From NCBI RefSeq assembly GCF_006345805.1, contig NC_043003.1, positions 59,892,001-59,956,000 of the forward strand: a stretch of 64,000 nucleotides of DNA, written 5' to 3'. A program made the translations under genes and the position numbers. The stretch's first letter is position 1; each line of letters starts with the position of its first letter. Below the pieces are notes generated by a model. The model was not told where the DNA came from, ran no database searches, and worked only from the letters and a program-made list of their open reading frames with translations. Below, in pieces: positions 12,229 through 26,044 of the stretch. This stretch comes from Octopus sinensis. Its lineage: Eukaryota.

Positions 12229-13191
12229 ACTAACGTATGCAAAATAAAGTAAATCGTATTATGTGCAAGTTAAGTGGCACCCCTGTAGATTTCCATGTCC
12301 CCAAATGGCGTAAAGATATCATCCCTTTCACTCAACTTAATATACACGGCGTAAATTTGTCCCTAATTATACCCGTTGTCTACCTGTATTTCTGTACACG
12401 TTTCTATATTTATGCGTCTATATATTTGTGTGAGTGTGTGCGTATCTTATATAAATTATATAATAGAGTTACCTATAACAGAATTATTCTAATGTTTACA
12501 CAAAGGTACACGATCTCAGAGGCCAATCGATGAAAAAACGAAGAAGATTCTAAGATGTCGGTCGAACTGGTACAAATAGAGTTGGTTGCCAAATTCACCT
12601 TAAATCAAAATCTAACCTCTTCGCAGATGAATAGATATTAGTTATTGTAGTTCTTACATATTTCTTGAAAGAGATGATGGTCGTGCCTGGAATACGTTTG
12701 GTCATTTTTAACCTGTGGCCGAATTCCACCACCACCACCACCACCACCACCGTAATCACCACCAAAACCGCCATCACCAATTACAATGTTCTATGTAACA
12801 AACTTTACTTAAATGGATCAGGTGTTGACGTAATCCAACGTAATTTTTGCTTTGGTACACCTGATGATTATCAATGAGTGCAGCGTGGAAAGGGATTAAC
12901 GATTTTACACGAAGTTACCCACAAATACCAGCACAAATATTAAGAACTCAACTCACATTTACGGTTAGTTCGTCCGATGTATTTGGAATTCAACTATTGC
13001 AACACGTATGATGCCCTCAGGATGGCCCTTAATACAAAAGGAAGCATTTCCATGTAGCGTGAGGCTGGGTTAAAAATATGAATCGGAAATCAAAGAATAG
13101 GGAAAGGATACAAAGATTTCAAAATTTAAATCAATAAAAAGAAATAATAATAATAAATAAATTAATTGAATTAAAAAACTCAGAAGTAGCA

Positions 13192-13460
13192 TTCCATCGG
13201 TTACCAAGACGTGGGTTCCTGATGATCTGAAATTAAGGTGCAAGTGACTGAGCACTCACGTGTCTGTACACGTGTACCCTTAACATTGTTCTCAGGGAAA
13301 TTCAGCGTGACACAGGTACGACACATTTTTGCCGGCCGAGTGGATGCGAGCAACGCGAAATAAAGAGTCTTGCTCAAGAATAAAATGTACCGCCAAGAAT
13401 CGAACACATAACCTTGCGATCGGGCGCCGTTTACCCTAACCTCTTAGCCACGTGTCTTCA
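13192..13460 (-). mobile_element. SINE family C, near full length
   Basis: The reverse complement has A-box TGGCTAAGAGG, B-box GTTCGATTC, CORE-like cttgagcaagactctttatttc, and the 3' domain gtcacgctgaatttccctgagaac...gagtgctcagtcacttgcac. Confidence 0.85.
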
Positions 13461-13870
13461 CTATAATCTATACAAAATGTCAGCATGACATAATAATTCT
13501 CTTGTATTTTTCTCCGTCAACATATGAATGAGAAAGGAAGGGATGATTGCAAACTGGTAGTGGGAGTGTTTCAACACTGTGTGAGTATATGTACGTGTAT
13601 GTAAAATGGAGGTATATGAACGTGTGTGTGTGTGTGTATGCAATAGAAGTGGGATGGTGAACATTCAATGCTGAAAAGGAAAATCAAACGGCGTTTCAAC
13701 CCTGTGTGAGTATACGTGTGTATGTGTATGTGCGTGTACAAGGGACGAATGTGTATGATTGTATGTGAGAACCAGCATTCTTTCAGTAACAAACGATGAT
13801 CGATGTCACTTCTCAAAAGACAACCACTTGATAACATTGACAAGTGTATTAATTTGACTTACCATCCATA

Positions 13871-13926
13871 TCTCTATATAAAATACTACAATTAGCTGTC
13901 ATTTTTTACGGCATGGGGCCAGCTAG
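13871..13926 (+). mobile_element. Possible 56-bp minimal Helitron-like element
   Basis: A|TCTCTATATAAAA...GGCatgggGCCag CTAG|T. The 5' end resembles that at 51601; the 3' hairpin is weak. Confidence 0.3.
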
Positions 13927-13950
13927 TGTATTATATTCAGTGTGCAATAA

Positions 13951-14095
13951 AGGTGCAAGGCCTAGGGTTTAAGCTACTGGGAACACTTTAAGACCGTGCG
14001 TTCGATTCTGGGAGCAAGCGGTACGTTGTGTCTTTGAGCTAAGTATTTCATTTCAAATTGTTCCAGTGCATTGATCTGAAACGTGCATACCAGTC
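13951..14095 (+). mobile_element. SINE family C, 5' portion
   Basis: ggcctagggtt (A-box-like), GTTCGATTC, gtgtctttgagctaagtatttcatttca. Confidence 0.7.
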
Positions 14096-15056
14096 TTTTC
14101 TACCTTCAGTTATCAAATACTCAGTCAACCGTGGCAGGAAAGAGAGGGAGTTTGTATAACAATTTGCGAAAGCATTGTACGAACTACTAAGTCAAACTCG
14201 CTCGCGAGTGACGGCTACAAATAATTTTATTCAAAGAACATCAAAAACCTGAATTCGAAATTAATAAAGGAAAGTCAAACCGCATTAATCGATGATTGTT
14301 TTAATTATTTCGCAAAGTACGGGAAACAATGCCAAACTTGTTTTCTCCTTATTGTGACATTGTCAGTGAAACAGACTTCACTGTACTTAAAGACTTAGTG
14401 ATATGAGAATCACAGACTAAATGCATAAAATTTTACACTTGGAATCGGAAAATATAACTGTTTACCTAATAAGTAAAGTGAAATGTATCATCTACATGAA
14501 GAATAATAAATTTGTTTTTGTAACAACAAAAAAAGGAAAGGAATCTGGAGGTCTTCTGACACATTTCTGCAAATAATGACCCTTGCTGAATTTGTGCAGA
14601 TAGTGACTGTTAGAATATCATGAGTGCCACGAAACTGCCATTGTTTTCTGCTCGTCTAAATAAAATTCATGTATGAATGCTCTGACTTAAATCATCATTC
14701 TAATAATGAATCTGAAGAAAGTGTGGAGCACCAGATTAAATTCGATTGTTCCTCTTATACTCTAATTAAAAAATCGAATAGGCTTGATAAATATGGAACG
14801 GTGAGTCCAAGTTACTTATGATTTCAAAATAACTCAAAGGCACCGAATGTGGTCGAATTCATTATGATCAAACTTCGCTACTATTTTCAAATGCTTCACT
14901 CAGAAGGTGATTTACTTTAGGTGAAAGACAGTTGCCCTTACTTTCTTTTGCGATATGAAGAACATTCAGGGAGAAAATATAAAATGGTTATATTTTTAAC
15001 TGGCTTTAAATTTCCTTATGACTTGAATCAGCATACACACACAACATGTCGGCAGT

Positions 15057-15490
15057 GCAAATTTTGGTCTTTTGAGAAAAGGATATGATTTTAGATAAAC
15101 AACTAAATATATTCTGTACATATATTGTATACTGCAGTTGTTGTATCCAGTCTCATATATCGGGACAAATTATAGACGATATTGCCATAAGATGGAAATG
15201 TACCACAAGAGACGTGTGTGGAAAATTCTACTCATACAGTATGAAAACCAAGAAACATCAGTGCACTCAAGGAAGACAATATTCAGTGAAATGAAACCCA
15301 TAACTTCTCAGCATCAGCTTTAATATGCTGGTCATGTAGTGTGAGTGGTGGCCCATCCATGGCTTAAATAACTGCTATACAACCAGCGCAAAGAAGGAAA
15401 AAACGGTCTAAACACGAATCGCCAAAAAATTTGAAAAAAATGATGGCTGCAATTGGCCTCAGTGTGCCCGAATGGGAATTGTTGGCGTAA
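15057..15490 (+). mobile_element. RTE-like LINE ORF C-terminal remnant, heavily decayed
   Basis: The pieces ANFGLLRK, YRRYCHKMEMYHKRRVWKILLIQ, SQHQL*YAGHVV, LK*LLY and GLSVPEWELLA* match the RTE C-terminal pattern (AFG.L, L..FH.R.LR.IL.I, QLRWAGHV, LLY, WE.LA). A weaker possible extension runs upstream to about 14720. Confidence 0.7.
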
Positions 15491-15954
15491 ATGCACCACA
15501 GAGAAGGACCATTCGTGTAAGAGCCCAACTCTTCAAAACAGCACGAAATGATCTTGAGGATAGATGTGAACGGAGAAAATATGACGAAGCAATTGACATA
15601 ACGCGCTTTCTCCAGCGATACAAGGTATAACAGGGCTTATGGCTCGTCCATTATCCGACATAGTCACGTGCAAGTTTATGGGATATAAACTTCTATATAT
15701 ATGAAAATGTGCAACAGCAAAAACTAGACGGTTAACAATGTAAGGAAATGATGTTCCATTTATTAGGATGGGGTGAAGTATTTTACTCACAGTAGCTTAA
15801 ACCTGGTGCAAACTGAGACAAACCCCGTTCAAATGAACCTCTAAGCACAAGTTAGACTTTATACATCGAATGGACGTTGCGTGTAGATGCATATACAAGC
15901 ACATAAGCAAGGCTACGCACGCACAAACATTCACATACACTGCTGTCATACACA

Positions 15955-16234
15955 AGCTATACACTTGATCTGCTAGAAATGGTTGCTAAATCTCCATCAA
16001 AATCACACAGTTAAATATTGGATGGATATTGCTCAATGCTGGTTGCACAATTCTCTCATAAAGTTCAGGAGGACATATTGGAAAATGTAGCTGTGTGTAT
16101 GATATGTAAAGAGCAAAGAAATAAAATGAAATAGTGTGTCACGGCTGGAATGTGCTTGGTTATACGTCGGCTCAATTAGTAGAGTCTACCTGGAGCTAAC
16201 CAACAACAACAACAACAGCAACGGCAACAACATC
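15955..16234 (+). mobile_element. (AAC)n-tailed dispersed repeat, copy 1
   Basis: gatctgctagaaat..., cacggctggaatg..., ctacctggagctaac(caa)n. Related segments occur at about 37005, 38585, 43221, 47293 (minus) and 52851. Confidence 0.6.
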
Positions 16235-16299
16235 ATTCGAAGTTAGTTTCTTCCTTTCAAAATGCTTTTCGACTCAAATGTGTTTTACACCACCACGAG

Positions 16300-16435
16300 C
16301 ACCACCACGAACACCACCACCACCACAATCACCACCACCACAACCACCACCACTACCATCACCACTACCACTACCACCACCACCACCACCACAAACCACC
16401 ACTCTTCAGCATTAGCAATATCTTCAATAACAGAA

Positions 16436-16495
<60 letters not shown>

Positions 16496-16501
16496 ACTAC
16501 A

Positions 16502-16553
<52 letters not shown>

Positions 16554-16555
16554 GT
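16300..16555. repeat. Compound (ACC)n/(ACT)n/(GCT)n trinucleotide array
   Basis: Direct inspection. It produces the poly-T and poly-V ORFs. Confidence 0.95.
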
Positions 16556-17757
16556 CTTTTGTTCCTCGTCATGATTTATACATATATTGTTTGTCTTTGT
16601 GACTGTATACTTATATATTTGCTTGTTTGTTTGTGTGTGTGTGTCTGGAGTGTGGCGGTGATAGCACATCTTACATTTGTCACTTCGTTTTTCGCGCTTC
16701 CCCAGTCGCTTCTTTTACATTTCATTTTTTTTCCCTCTCTCTCTCCTTTAGACTCGCATACAGCTTTCTCACTCTATATGTAGAAATATGCCGTTTCTTC
16801 GTTATTGTCCTCATCATCCTCTCCATCATCCTCTCCATCACCGTCATCTTTGTCATCACCATCATCGTCGGCGTCGCCATCATCACGATCATCATCACCA
16901 CCATCGCCATCATCACAGCCATCACAACCACCACAACCAACATCACTATCATTATCATCATCAGCCATATTACTATACCTATAATTTCTTTATCTCTGCA
17001 CCTCTCTTGAAGCTCTTCTTTCCAACCATCCCTCCAACCATCCCTCCCTCCATCCATCCATCCATCCATCCATCCATCCATCCATTCTCTACCTATTTCT
17101 GTCACCACCCCACCTACACTCTCAGTCTTCTCCCAGTACTTTTATACAAACGACATTCTTTCTATTCTATTTTTATTCCTCCTTTTATCTCGTCTATTCT
17201 TTTATTCTTCTATTCTTTTATTCTTCTGTTCTTTTATTCATTCATTTATTTTTATATGCCTTAGTTTTTTTTTTGTTTCTTTTTCGCTTCCTTTTCTATT
17301 TTTTCTCATCATGTATTCTCTGTTATTTTGTCTTTCTTGTTTCTTGTCTTTCTTTTCAATGGGAGGGTTACGGCAATATAACTTCTCCTTTTTCGTCTCC
17401 TTTTTCTTCTTCCTTTTTTTCTTCTTCTTCTTCTTCTTCTCTAATGTGTCTTCTTTTAGTTGAAGTAGCGACATTCGTTTAGTTTCACAAACGCTGAAAC
17501 AACTGAAAAACAGACAGGAGTGAATTACACGTAGAAAAATATCAGGAAAAAAAAGAAAGGAAAGAGAGAAGGAGAGAAAGATACAAAGAGAGAGGGAGAG
17601 AGAGAGAGAGAAAGAAAGAAAGACAGAGAGAGAGAGAGTAAATGAGTGGGACAGAGATGACATGTGAGCTACACAGGCACACATACATACACACACACAC
17701 ACACTCATATTATGTCTGTACATAGGGAATATATATATATATAGATATATATATCTG

Positions 17758-17789
<32 letters not shown>

Positions 17790-17845
17790 ATATTATAATA
17801 TATATTATATATATATATATATATACACCCATATATATACATATG

Positions 17846-17887
<42 letters not shown>

Positions 17888-17923
17888 ATATATATACACC
17901 CATATATATATACTATGTATATG

Positions 17924-17955
<32 letters not shown>

Positions 17956-18097
17956 ATTATATAGTTATGCATATATTCATATATATATAGTTATTTATTT
18001 CGTTTTATAAATATAAGTACACATATGTGTATGTATATGAATAACTCATATATTGTATATACATATTTCTTGCACACACGTATATATATATATATAT

Positions 18098-18135
<38 letters not shown>

Positions 18136-18774
18136 CATTCACATGCATACACACGCACACACACATAGATGCATGTAAATAAATATATACATTTATATAA
18201 AGGCATGTGTATATATATATGTGTATATATATGTGTGTGTTTGTGTGTGCGTATACACACACAGAAACACACACATATACACACAAAGGCGTATGAGAGA
18301 AGACGGTGGTGAAAGAGAAGAAGTAGGTGACCATGCTGGTAGTGGATCTTGAAAAGATAGTGAATGAGAAAGCTTCCCCTGTCTTATACGATAACAAAAG
18401 TAGGTTTAGAAAAGAGTTCTGTAACTGAAGACCTGCCCTTTATTCTCATATTCTCACTCAGTCGCTTGCTTCAGTTTGTCTGTCTGTCTGTCTGTCTTTC
18501 TTGTTGTATTTTACTCTATACATGTTTTCCTATAAACTTGCCTCTTTTTCTCTGTAATCCAAAATCCTCCAGCAGTCTAATATGAATATATATATATATA
18601 TATATATATATACATTCTCACACGCTCGCAGACACAGACGCGGGCACACACACACATACGAACACATGCTTTTACACACACGCGCGCGCGCGTGCACCCA
18701 TACACGCACATAGACAAAATCACACTCATACACATACATGTACACCCTCCTATTTTTATCTATCTATCTATCAA

Positions 18775-18854
<80 letters not shown>

Positions 18855-18963
18855 TATATAGCTATAGATATATCTACCTGGCTATATGTATATTCTATTT
18901 TACCAGTTTATCATATTGTATGCTTATTATGTATAACATATGCGTTATACATACCACATACAT

Positions 18964-19020
<57 letters not shown>

Positions 19021-19067
19021 CACATATATACATACATACACACACATATACATAATATATATATATT

Positions 19068-19109
<42 letters not shown>

Positions 19110-19137
19110 AGATATAGAGAGAGAGAGAGAGAGATGA

Positions 19138-19168
<31 letters not shown>

Positions 19169-19289
19169 TTACAGAAACACACATACACATATAAGCACAT
19201 ACACACACACACATATATTAAGATGATTCAGGCACTTCAAAAAATGTGTCATCTCCCTACATAACAAATTAATTATATTTTACTTGTTG

Positions 19290-19510
19290 TTTTCGGCACT
19301 CTCCGCTGTGTGTTCAAATCCTGCTGTCATAAATTTTATCTTTAACCCCTCTGGTATTGATAAAATATATAGAATATATGTCAAATACCGTAATAGGTTG
19401 ATTTAATTCACTAGTTCTTTCTTATTTGATTCACTAATACTTTCCGATTTGTTTGACTAAAGGCGGTGCTCCAGCATGGTCGCAGTCAAATGGCTGAAAC
19501 AAGTAAAAAA
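19290..19510 (+). mobile_element. Degenerate family B head and body joined to a family A tail
   Basis: gttcaaatcctgct...gataaaat..., then gatttgtttgactaaaggcggtgctccagcatggtcgcagtcaaatggctgaaacaagtaaaa. Confidence 0.6.
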
Positions 19511-19589
19511 AAAAAACAGAAAGGAACAAAAAAATATTTCCCCCAAAATATCTGTCTACATGGAATGAAATAAATTTTTAAACGGGCAT

Positions 19590-19804
19590 AATCCTTTCTA
19601 CTCTAGGGACAAGGCTCAAAATTTTGGGGGAGGGGGCCAGTCGATTAGATCGACTCCAGTACGCAACTGGTACTTAATTTATCGATTCCGAAATGATGAA
19701 AGGCAAAGTTGACCTCGGCGGAATTTGAACTCAGAACATAAAGACATACAAAATACCGCTAAGTATTTCGCCTGGCGTGCTAACATTTCTGCCAGCTCAC
19801 CACC
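19590..19804 (-). mobile_element. SINE family B, full length, tail type 2
   Basis: Reverse complement: ggtggtgagctggcagaaatgttagc...ttctgagttcaaattccgccgaggtcaac...gtcgatctaatcgactggcc...gagtagaaaggatt. Confidence 0.9.
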
Positions 19805-20474
19805 TTTAACGAGGGATAATACTTGAAGTAGGGAACAGTAATTGCAAATATCACACGGTATATTGTCACCAAACCACCAAACCACCTCCAGACCAAATAA
19901 TACTTTCAACCATACAGGGGCTTTGAGATATTTTAAATAAGATTTAGCTGCGAATTCTAACAGGACGATAAGTCCAAGAAGAAGCCCCAGACGTCGGCTT
20001 GGCGAAGTTATTATCGGTTCTGTAGTTTAAGACAGTGTTAACATGCTTTAATAGATGCAGGAAGACAGCGTTTAATAAGCTAACTGTAAATAGTTGAGTT
20101 GTATGAAACAGAAGTAACAACAATAGCGACAGCAGCAGCCGCTGTTCTAATAACCTTCCTAAATAGCAGCGCAATCATCACCTTCATCATCACCAGCAAT
20201 ATCAACAGCAGCAGCAGCAGCAGCAACAACAGCAGCATCAATGATGATAGCAGCAGCAGCAGCAGTCGGCCAGTGCCGCACACTTGTATTAACGGGTTTG
20301 AATAAAGAAGTATATACATACATATATACATACACACACACATACATACATACTCACACACATATATATATAATATTATTAGTTTGTTTTATATATGTGT
20401 GTGTGTATATATGTGTGTGTATGTTATTTATATATATATTATATATATATATATACATACATATATATATATAC

Positions 20475-20506
<32 letters not shown>

Positions 20507-20854
20507 CATATATATATATATATATATATATACATACACACACACACACACCACACACACACACATATATATGTATGTATTTATATGTGCACATGCACGT
20601 GGACACATACGCTCACAGACACATTCATGTGGATATATTTAAAGGTATTCTCTCTATATAGCAGATTCAATAATAAAAAAAAATTTTAAGTGAAATGTTT
20701 CATGGTGCAATACACGATTTGCGAATGTTTGATGCGGAAACAGCAGGAGTCGTTTAAATGAACGGTAAAGATGAAGGAAACTCCGAGTATCGATCCACAG
20801 AAACCTACCTTTAGTTTCCACACTATGTGTGTATGGACGTACGCTTTTATATAA

Positions 20855-20897
<43 letters not shown>

Positions 20898-21183
20898 ATA
20901 TATATAAGCGTACGTCCATATATATATATATATTATATATATTATATATATATATTATAACAACAAAAGTTGAAAGTCTGCTCAGAGTTTCGCTCCAGGC
21001 TGACCTGCTCTGATCATTGTGAACAGCCGGGCCCGAAGCGAAAACTATACGTAGACTATTTCAAATTTTGGTATAAAAACTATACCTATCCACTTTCTCC
21101 AACGAATTAAGTTCTGTATTTTGATGTTTGAAACGCGTAAAATATATATATTTTAATATCATTTTTTCAATTCACACATGACT

Positions 21184-21283
<100 letters not shown>

Positions 21284-23141
21284 TTGCGTTGTGTGCGCTC
21301 AATTTGTTGTGTGTATGAAAGTGCGACAGGAAAGAAGGTGCGCAAATCAAAGATGCTAAAAGCAAACCTGACCAAAAAAAAATCTTCTCGTTTTTGGAAG
21401 TTCCTCACAAAATTCCATCGATATTCACTTCAGTCACGTGACCAAGTTTTCCGATATTTTCTAACATTGACGTATTTATTCTATTAATAACAACAAGAGG
21501 TATCCATCCGGCCCAAATCTACCCAAACATTTTATTTCAGTTACTCAAATTCGAGCCGCTATAGTCTTGCACCCTTTCCATACTTTACCACCAAGTTTCC
21601 TTCACTTTCTTACTTTTCTTCCTCCCCCTTCTGTTGTCTATGTGTTCTCTCCTTCGTTCGTTCTGTCGAGTTTCTTTTTCTCCCTCCTACCCTTCATCAT
21701 CATCATACTTCTTCACCAATCGCTCACTCATTCTCTACCAATCGCTCACTCTCTATCAATCTAATTACTCATACACATATTATACAAAGACACGCATACA
21801 CTCGTGTGCGTGCACACACTCATATATATGCCTTTACCCCTTTTAGGTTCCATCGCAAAGGCTGTGGGCATAATGGGGCACTATCCCTGTATTTATACAC
21901 ACAAACACACACACATATATATATATTAGAGAGAGAGAAATAAATGGATACATACACATGTATATTAAACATATTCACATTTAAAACACGCAAACACATA
22001 CGCACTAGCGCAAGGCAACACACACACACTCGTCACTTTCTCCCCGGTATCCTCCGATTCTATCTTATAGTCTTTCTTTCTACTACCTCTCCGACCATAA
22101 CTCACTGGGAGTTACTTAGTTACTCATCTCTTCCCTTCACTCTTCTCCTCCCTCCACCTCTGCACCACACAGAATTTTTTTCTCTATTGCTTCTCTTTCT
22201 TTCTCTTCTATTTCTCTCTTAATTTCTCTGTATCTGTCTCTCTCTATCTCACACACAATGCATAGTTTTCTATCTCCTCCTCCTCCTCTTCATCCTCCTC
22301 CTCCTCCTACAACTCATGAAAGCTTTCCTCCTCCTCCTGTTTTCTCCTCCTCCCTCTTTTGACTCTTCCTCTATTCCTGCGCCTCTTTCTTCCCTCCAAT
22401 AAACGCTCTCCTCCTCCTCCTCCTCCTTGTCATTTTCCCCCTCCTCCTCCTCCTCCTCCTCTCCCTTTCTTCACAGTCTCTCTCTCTCTCCCTCTTCTCT
22501 CCTCAACTTGTGGCTTGGCAGTAGGAAGGAATATTAAAAGCGGACTGACAGATTTTATTTTATAAAAGCTAGCAAGCTTCTTATTTCTTCTTCCAAAGCA
22601 AGATTTTGAAATATGTTTGTTTTTGGTTTTCTCCCCAATGCAAAAAGAATGAACAAGGCTTGTTGTTATTACTATATCCATGCGTTTGATGCTTCTTATT
22701 AGTAATGTGTCTCTTCTCGTCGTCGCTATAAACGAAGTGGACCAAAGAAAGAAGAAGAAAAAGAAGAGGAAGAAAATAACGCGAAAGAAAGAAAAGAAAA
22801 AAGACGGAAAATGACAGAGTGATTGAGACACAGAAAGGAGTGAATGAAGAAGGGCCAGCCAAGTATATAAGGAAAGAGAAAAGTTTAAACTGGAGAGATA
22901 GGGAGAAAGTGAGAGAGAGAGCGAGAGAGCGAGAGAGAGAGAGGGCGAGAGAGAGAGAGAGAAATATAGATATAGCAACAGAAGATACAATATTCAAAGA
23001 GAGAGAGAGAGAGAAAAGGAATTTATTTAAAAATCACTTTTTCACAAAATTAGAATTTTTCTTATGAAATTATCAATGGAATTTAAGAAAATTAACGAAA
23101 CTACAGTAACCTGAACCATGTGCCCGAACTGACAAAGAAAC

Positions 23142-23206
<65 letters not shown>

Positions 23207-23434
23207 TTTGTGGCAGCAACAGTAACAAAAACAAAAGCAAGAACAGCAAATTCATCAATGTTACCATCTTCATCATCAGCATCAGCATCATTATCATCGT
23301 CATCATTATCATCATTATCATCATCATCGACGACGCCATCTATAAATAACAGTGGAAGTGTGAGGAATATAATAACGGAAATCATTTTTTCCATTGCAAC
23401 ATTGACATATCAACTGCTCTGAACTATAAATAAT

Positions 23435-23524
<90 letters not shown>

Positions 23525-23935
23525 GCGTACGGGTTTACGTGAATTTGTGCGTGGTGTAAGCGTATGTATTTTAGACACCTTACTTGATTAAACGGCGTAT
23601 GAAATTTCCGACTGATAAAAAAAGAAAACAAGGAGAAAAGAAATAAAAAAGAAAATGGAGTTGTCGACATTATATAGCCTAGCCAATTGGATATCCCATT
23701 TACTTGAGATATATCACTAATTTTGATAAACTACCATAAAAAAAGGAAGAAAAAGGCTAAATTTTTAAATATATATTTTTAATGCAACCGAACAGATTTT
23801 AAAAATTGTCATAATTATTACTGTTTTGAGAATCTCCAATTTCCTTCTGTCAAAGTTCTTTCACCAGTTTTAATATATTTATATATATATTTTTAAGTTA
23901 AATATTATTTATTTTACTTTACTTTAAATTTACCT

Positions 23936-23998
<63 letters not shown>

Positions 23999-24915
23999 TA
24001 TATATATATATATTATGCATACATACATACACACACCGACACACTAACATTTCATTATGTCATGTTTTCTTTGAAAAAATGAAAATAGCTGATGTACTCT
24101 GAAAAGAACTCCGATGATATAAAAAGAAAATAACAATATAAACCAAACATCACTGCTGATTTTGTTATATGTATACATATATATATATACACACATCATA
24201 AATAGTTATAAAAATTTCTATAGCGCACCTACCTGCATCTACCTAACGTGCACGCACGTTCGTATCCATGGCTTTGTTGCCTATGCATAAATAGATCACT
24301 ATATACAGATGGCGTTGAATGTTTAATAATTTTCCTGAAAGAGCAAGCAGACAGGCAGGTAGACAGAGACAGAGAGAGACTTACAGGCAAGGCAAAGCAA
24401 GGCAAGGCAAAGTGAAGTAGACTGACAGACACACACGAAGAAGAGAAACATTTATTTTTGCTCGAGCTGAGAAATATATATATATATATGCTTATATATT
24501 ATAAATGAATGAATCTACGAAACCAGTCTCAAATCTACTATTTGTGCTATGATTCCTGGAATTTATTACCATGTTAGTTTGGAGCTGGACTATTATCGTT
24601 ATTAATAACACTTGCACTGGAACCAATATTTCTAGTGTTTGTTACCGTCTATATACGGAGATCAAAGCAACTAACAAACATATTGTTAGGAGCGTATTAA
24701 GCATTCTCCCTAATGAGCGAATATACGGACACCAGTTACTACGTTACTCAGGTAAGGAGAAAGAAATCGTGCGAACACTTCCTTCGGCGACCAAACAGAA
24801 CGACCCCTTTCGTTCCTTTCAATATATTATATGTTTTCTACACTATTCTTCAGATACATACATACGTACGTACACATACGCATATATGTATATGCATACA
24901 TATTTATATATATAT

Positions 24916-24971
<56 letters not shown>

Positions 24972-26044
24972 CTTACCGTGCTAGAAAATCATTCTTTCGT
25001 TTTTTTGTCTGTCTTTCATTCATCATATTTCTTTCTTCTTTCTTTCTTTCTTTCTTCTCTTTCTCTTCTTTCTTTTTCTTTTTTCTTTCTTCTTTTTCTT
25101 TTCTTTTCTTTATCTTTTTCTGCTTCTTTCTTTTTCTTTTTTTTACTTGTGCTTCATTCTTTCTTTTGTTTTATTGTTGCGGTGAAACTAGTCCAGATTC
25201 TTCCTTTAAATATGCATCAATTTATCACGATGAGCTAGATAGAATTGGCAATGTTTAAGTATCAGTTTGAACAAATTCGCCGAATGTATGGTTATATGCT
25301 TGTATGTACATACGCACGTACGAATTTATGTATTCATGTATGTATGCGTGGATGTGTGTATATAAGAACATGCGCGCGTGCACACACACACACACAGACA
25401 CACACACATACACAAATGCATACATATATTACTCTAGAGAGTACACCTTCCTAAGTTATATTTTCCAAGTAAAAAATATCAACTATTTCTTTATATATAC
25501 ATATGTATATTGCCCCTAAATAATAACATTTTTCATTAAATTACCAGCTTTATGTAAATCACTTTAATAGATACGAAATCGATATCTGGCTAATTTTTTC
25601 CTTCCGCTTCCTTTTATATTATTATTATATTTATATTTCATTAATTTTTTTTTTTAATCAATACATTTAAGAGTGATTAAAAATCGGAAATTCTTGTAGG
25701 CACAATATATTATATTTCAGAGAAATATATTAATAGATTTGATATTTGAATAATTTTAATGATACCGGTTTATATAGGAATAGATGCAATGGTTTAATGT
25801 TTATAATACGGGACTTTCTATCGATGTATGGATAAGACTTAAAAATACTGAAATTTATTTGTTTGAATGCGCGATCGGGTCTGTGTGCATATACTTATGT
25901 GTGTGTGTGTGTGTGAAATTCAAATATATAAACGTTTATATATAATATATATATATATATACACGAGCGCACACACATATATAATATACACATATATAAA
26001 TGAATATATATATATAATTAATCCACCCCTACAAAAAAAAAAGG

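Noticed and set aside
13218-13232. CTGATGA-TCT-GAAA hammerhead-like core
   Set aside because: Only 3 nt lie between the core halves, there are no stems, and it sits on the antisense strand of a SINE C body.
16627-17264. His/Asp/Met-rich ORFs resembling metal-binding or acidic proteins
   Set aside because: They arise from a degenerate (CAT/CAC)n cryptic repeat plus (CCAT)n that is open in most frames; there is no splice or codon evidence.
20686-21060. Further possible pLTR hammerheads (minus strand: cgatactcggagttt near 20780; gcgaaactctgagc near 20985)
   Set aside because: There is no CUGANGA core and no stem I. They may be very old Penelope remnants but I cannot support that.
22000-23400. 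CT-rich/GA-rich region as a promoter or 5' UTR
   Set aside because: The composition is suggestive, but such tracts are everywhere in this window and there is no downstream coding exon to anchor it.
24571-24927. 118-aa ORF with a non-repetitive N-terminal part
   Set aside because: No recognisable motif, it ends in a microsatellite, and its length is expected by chance.
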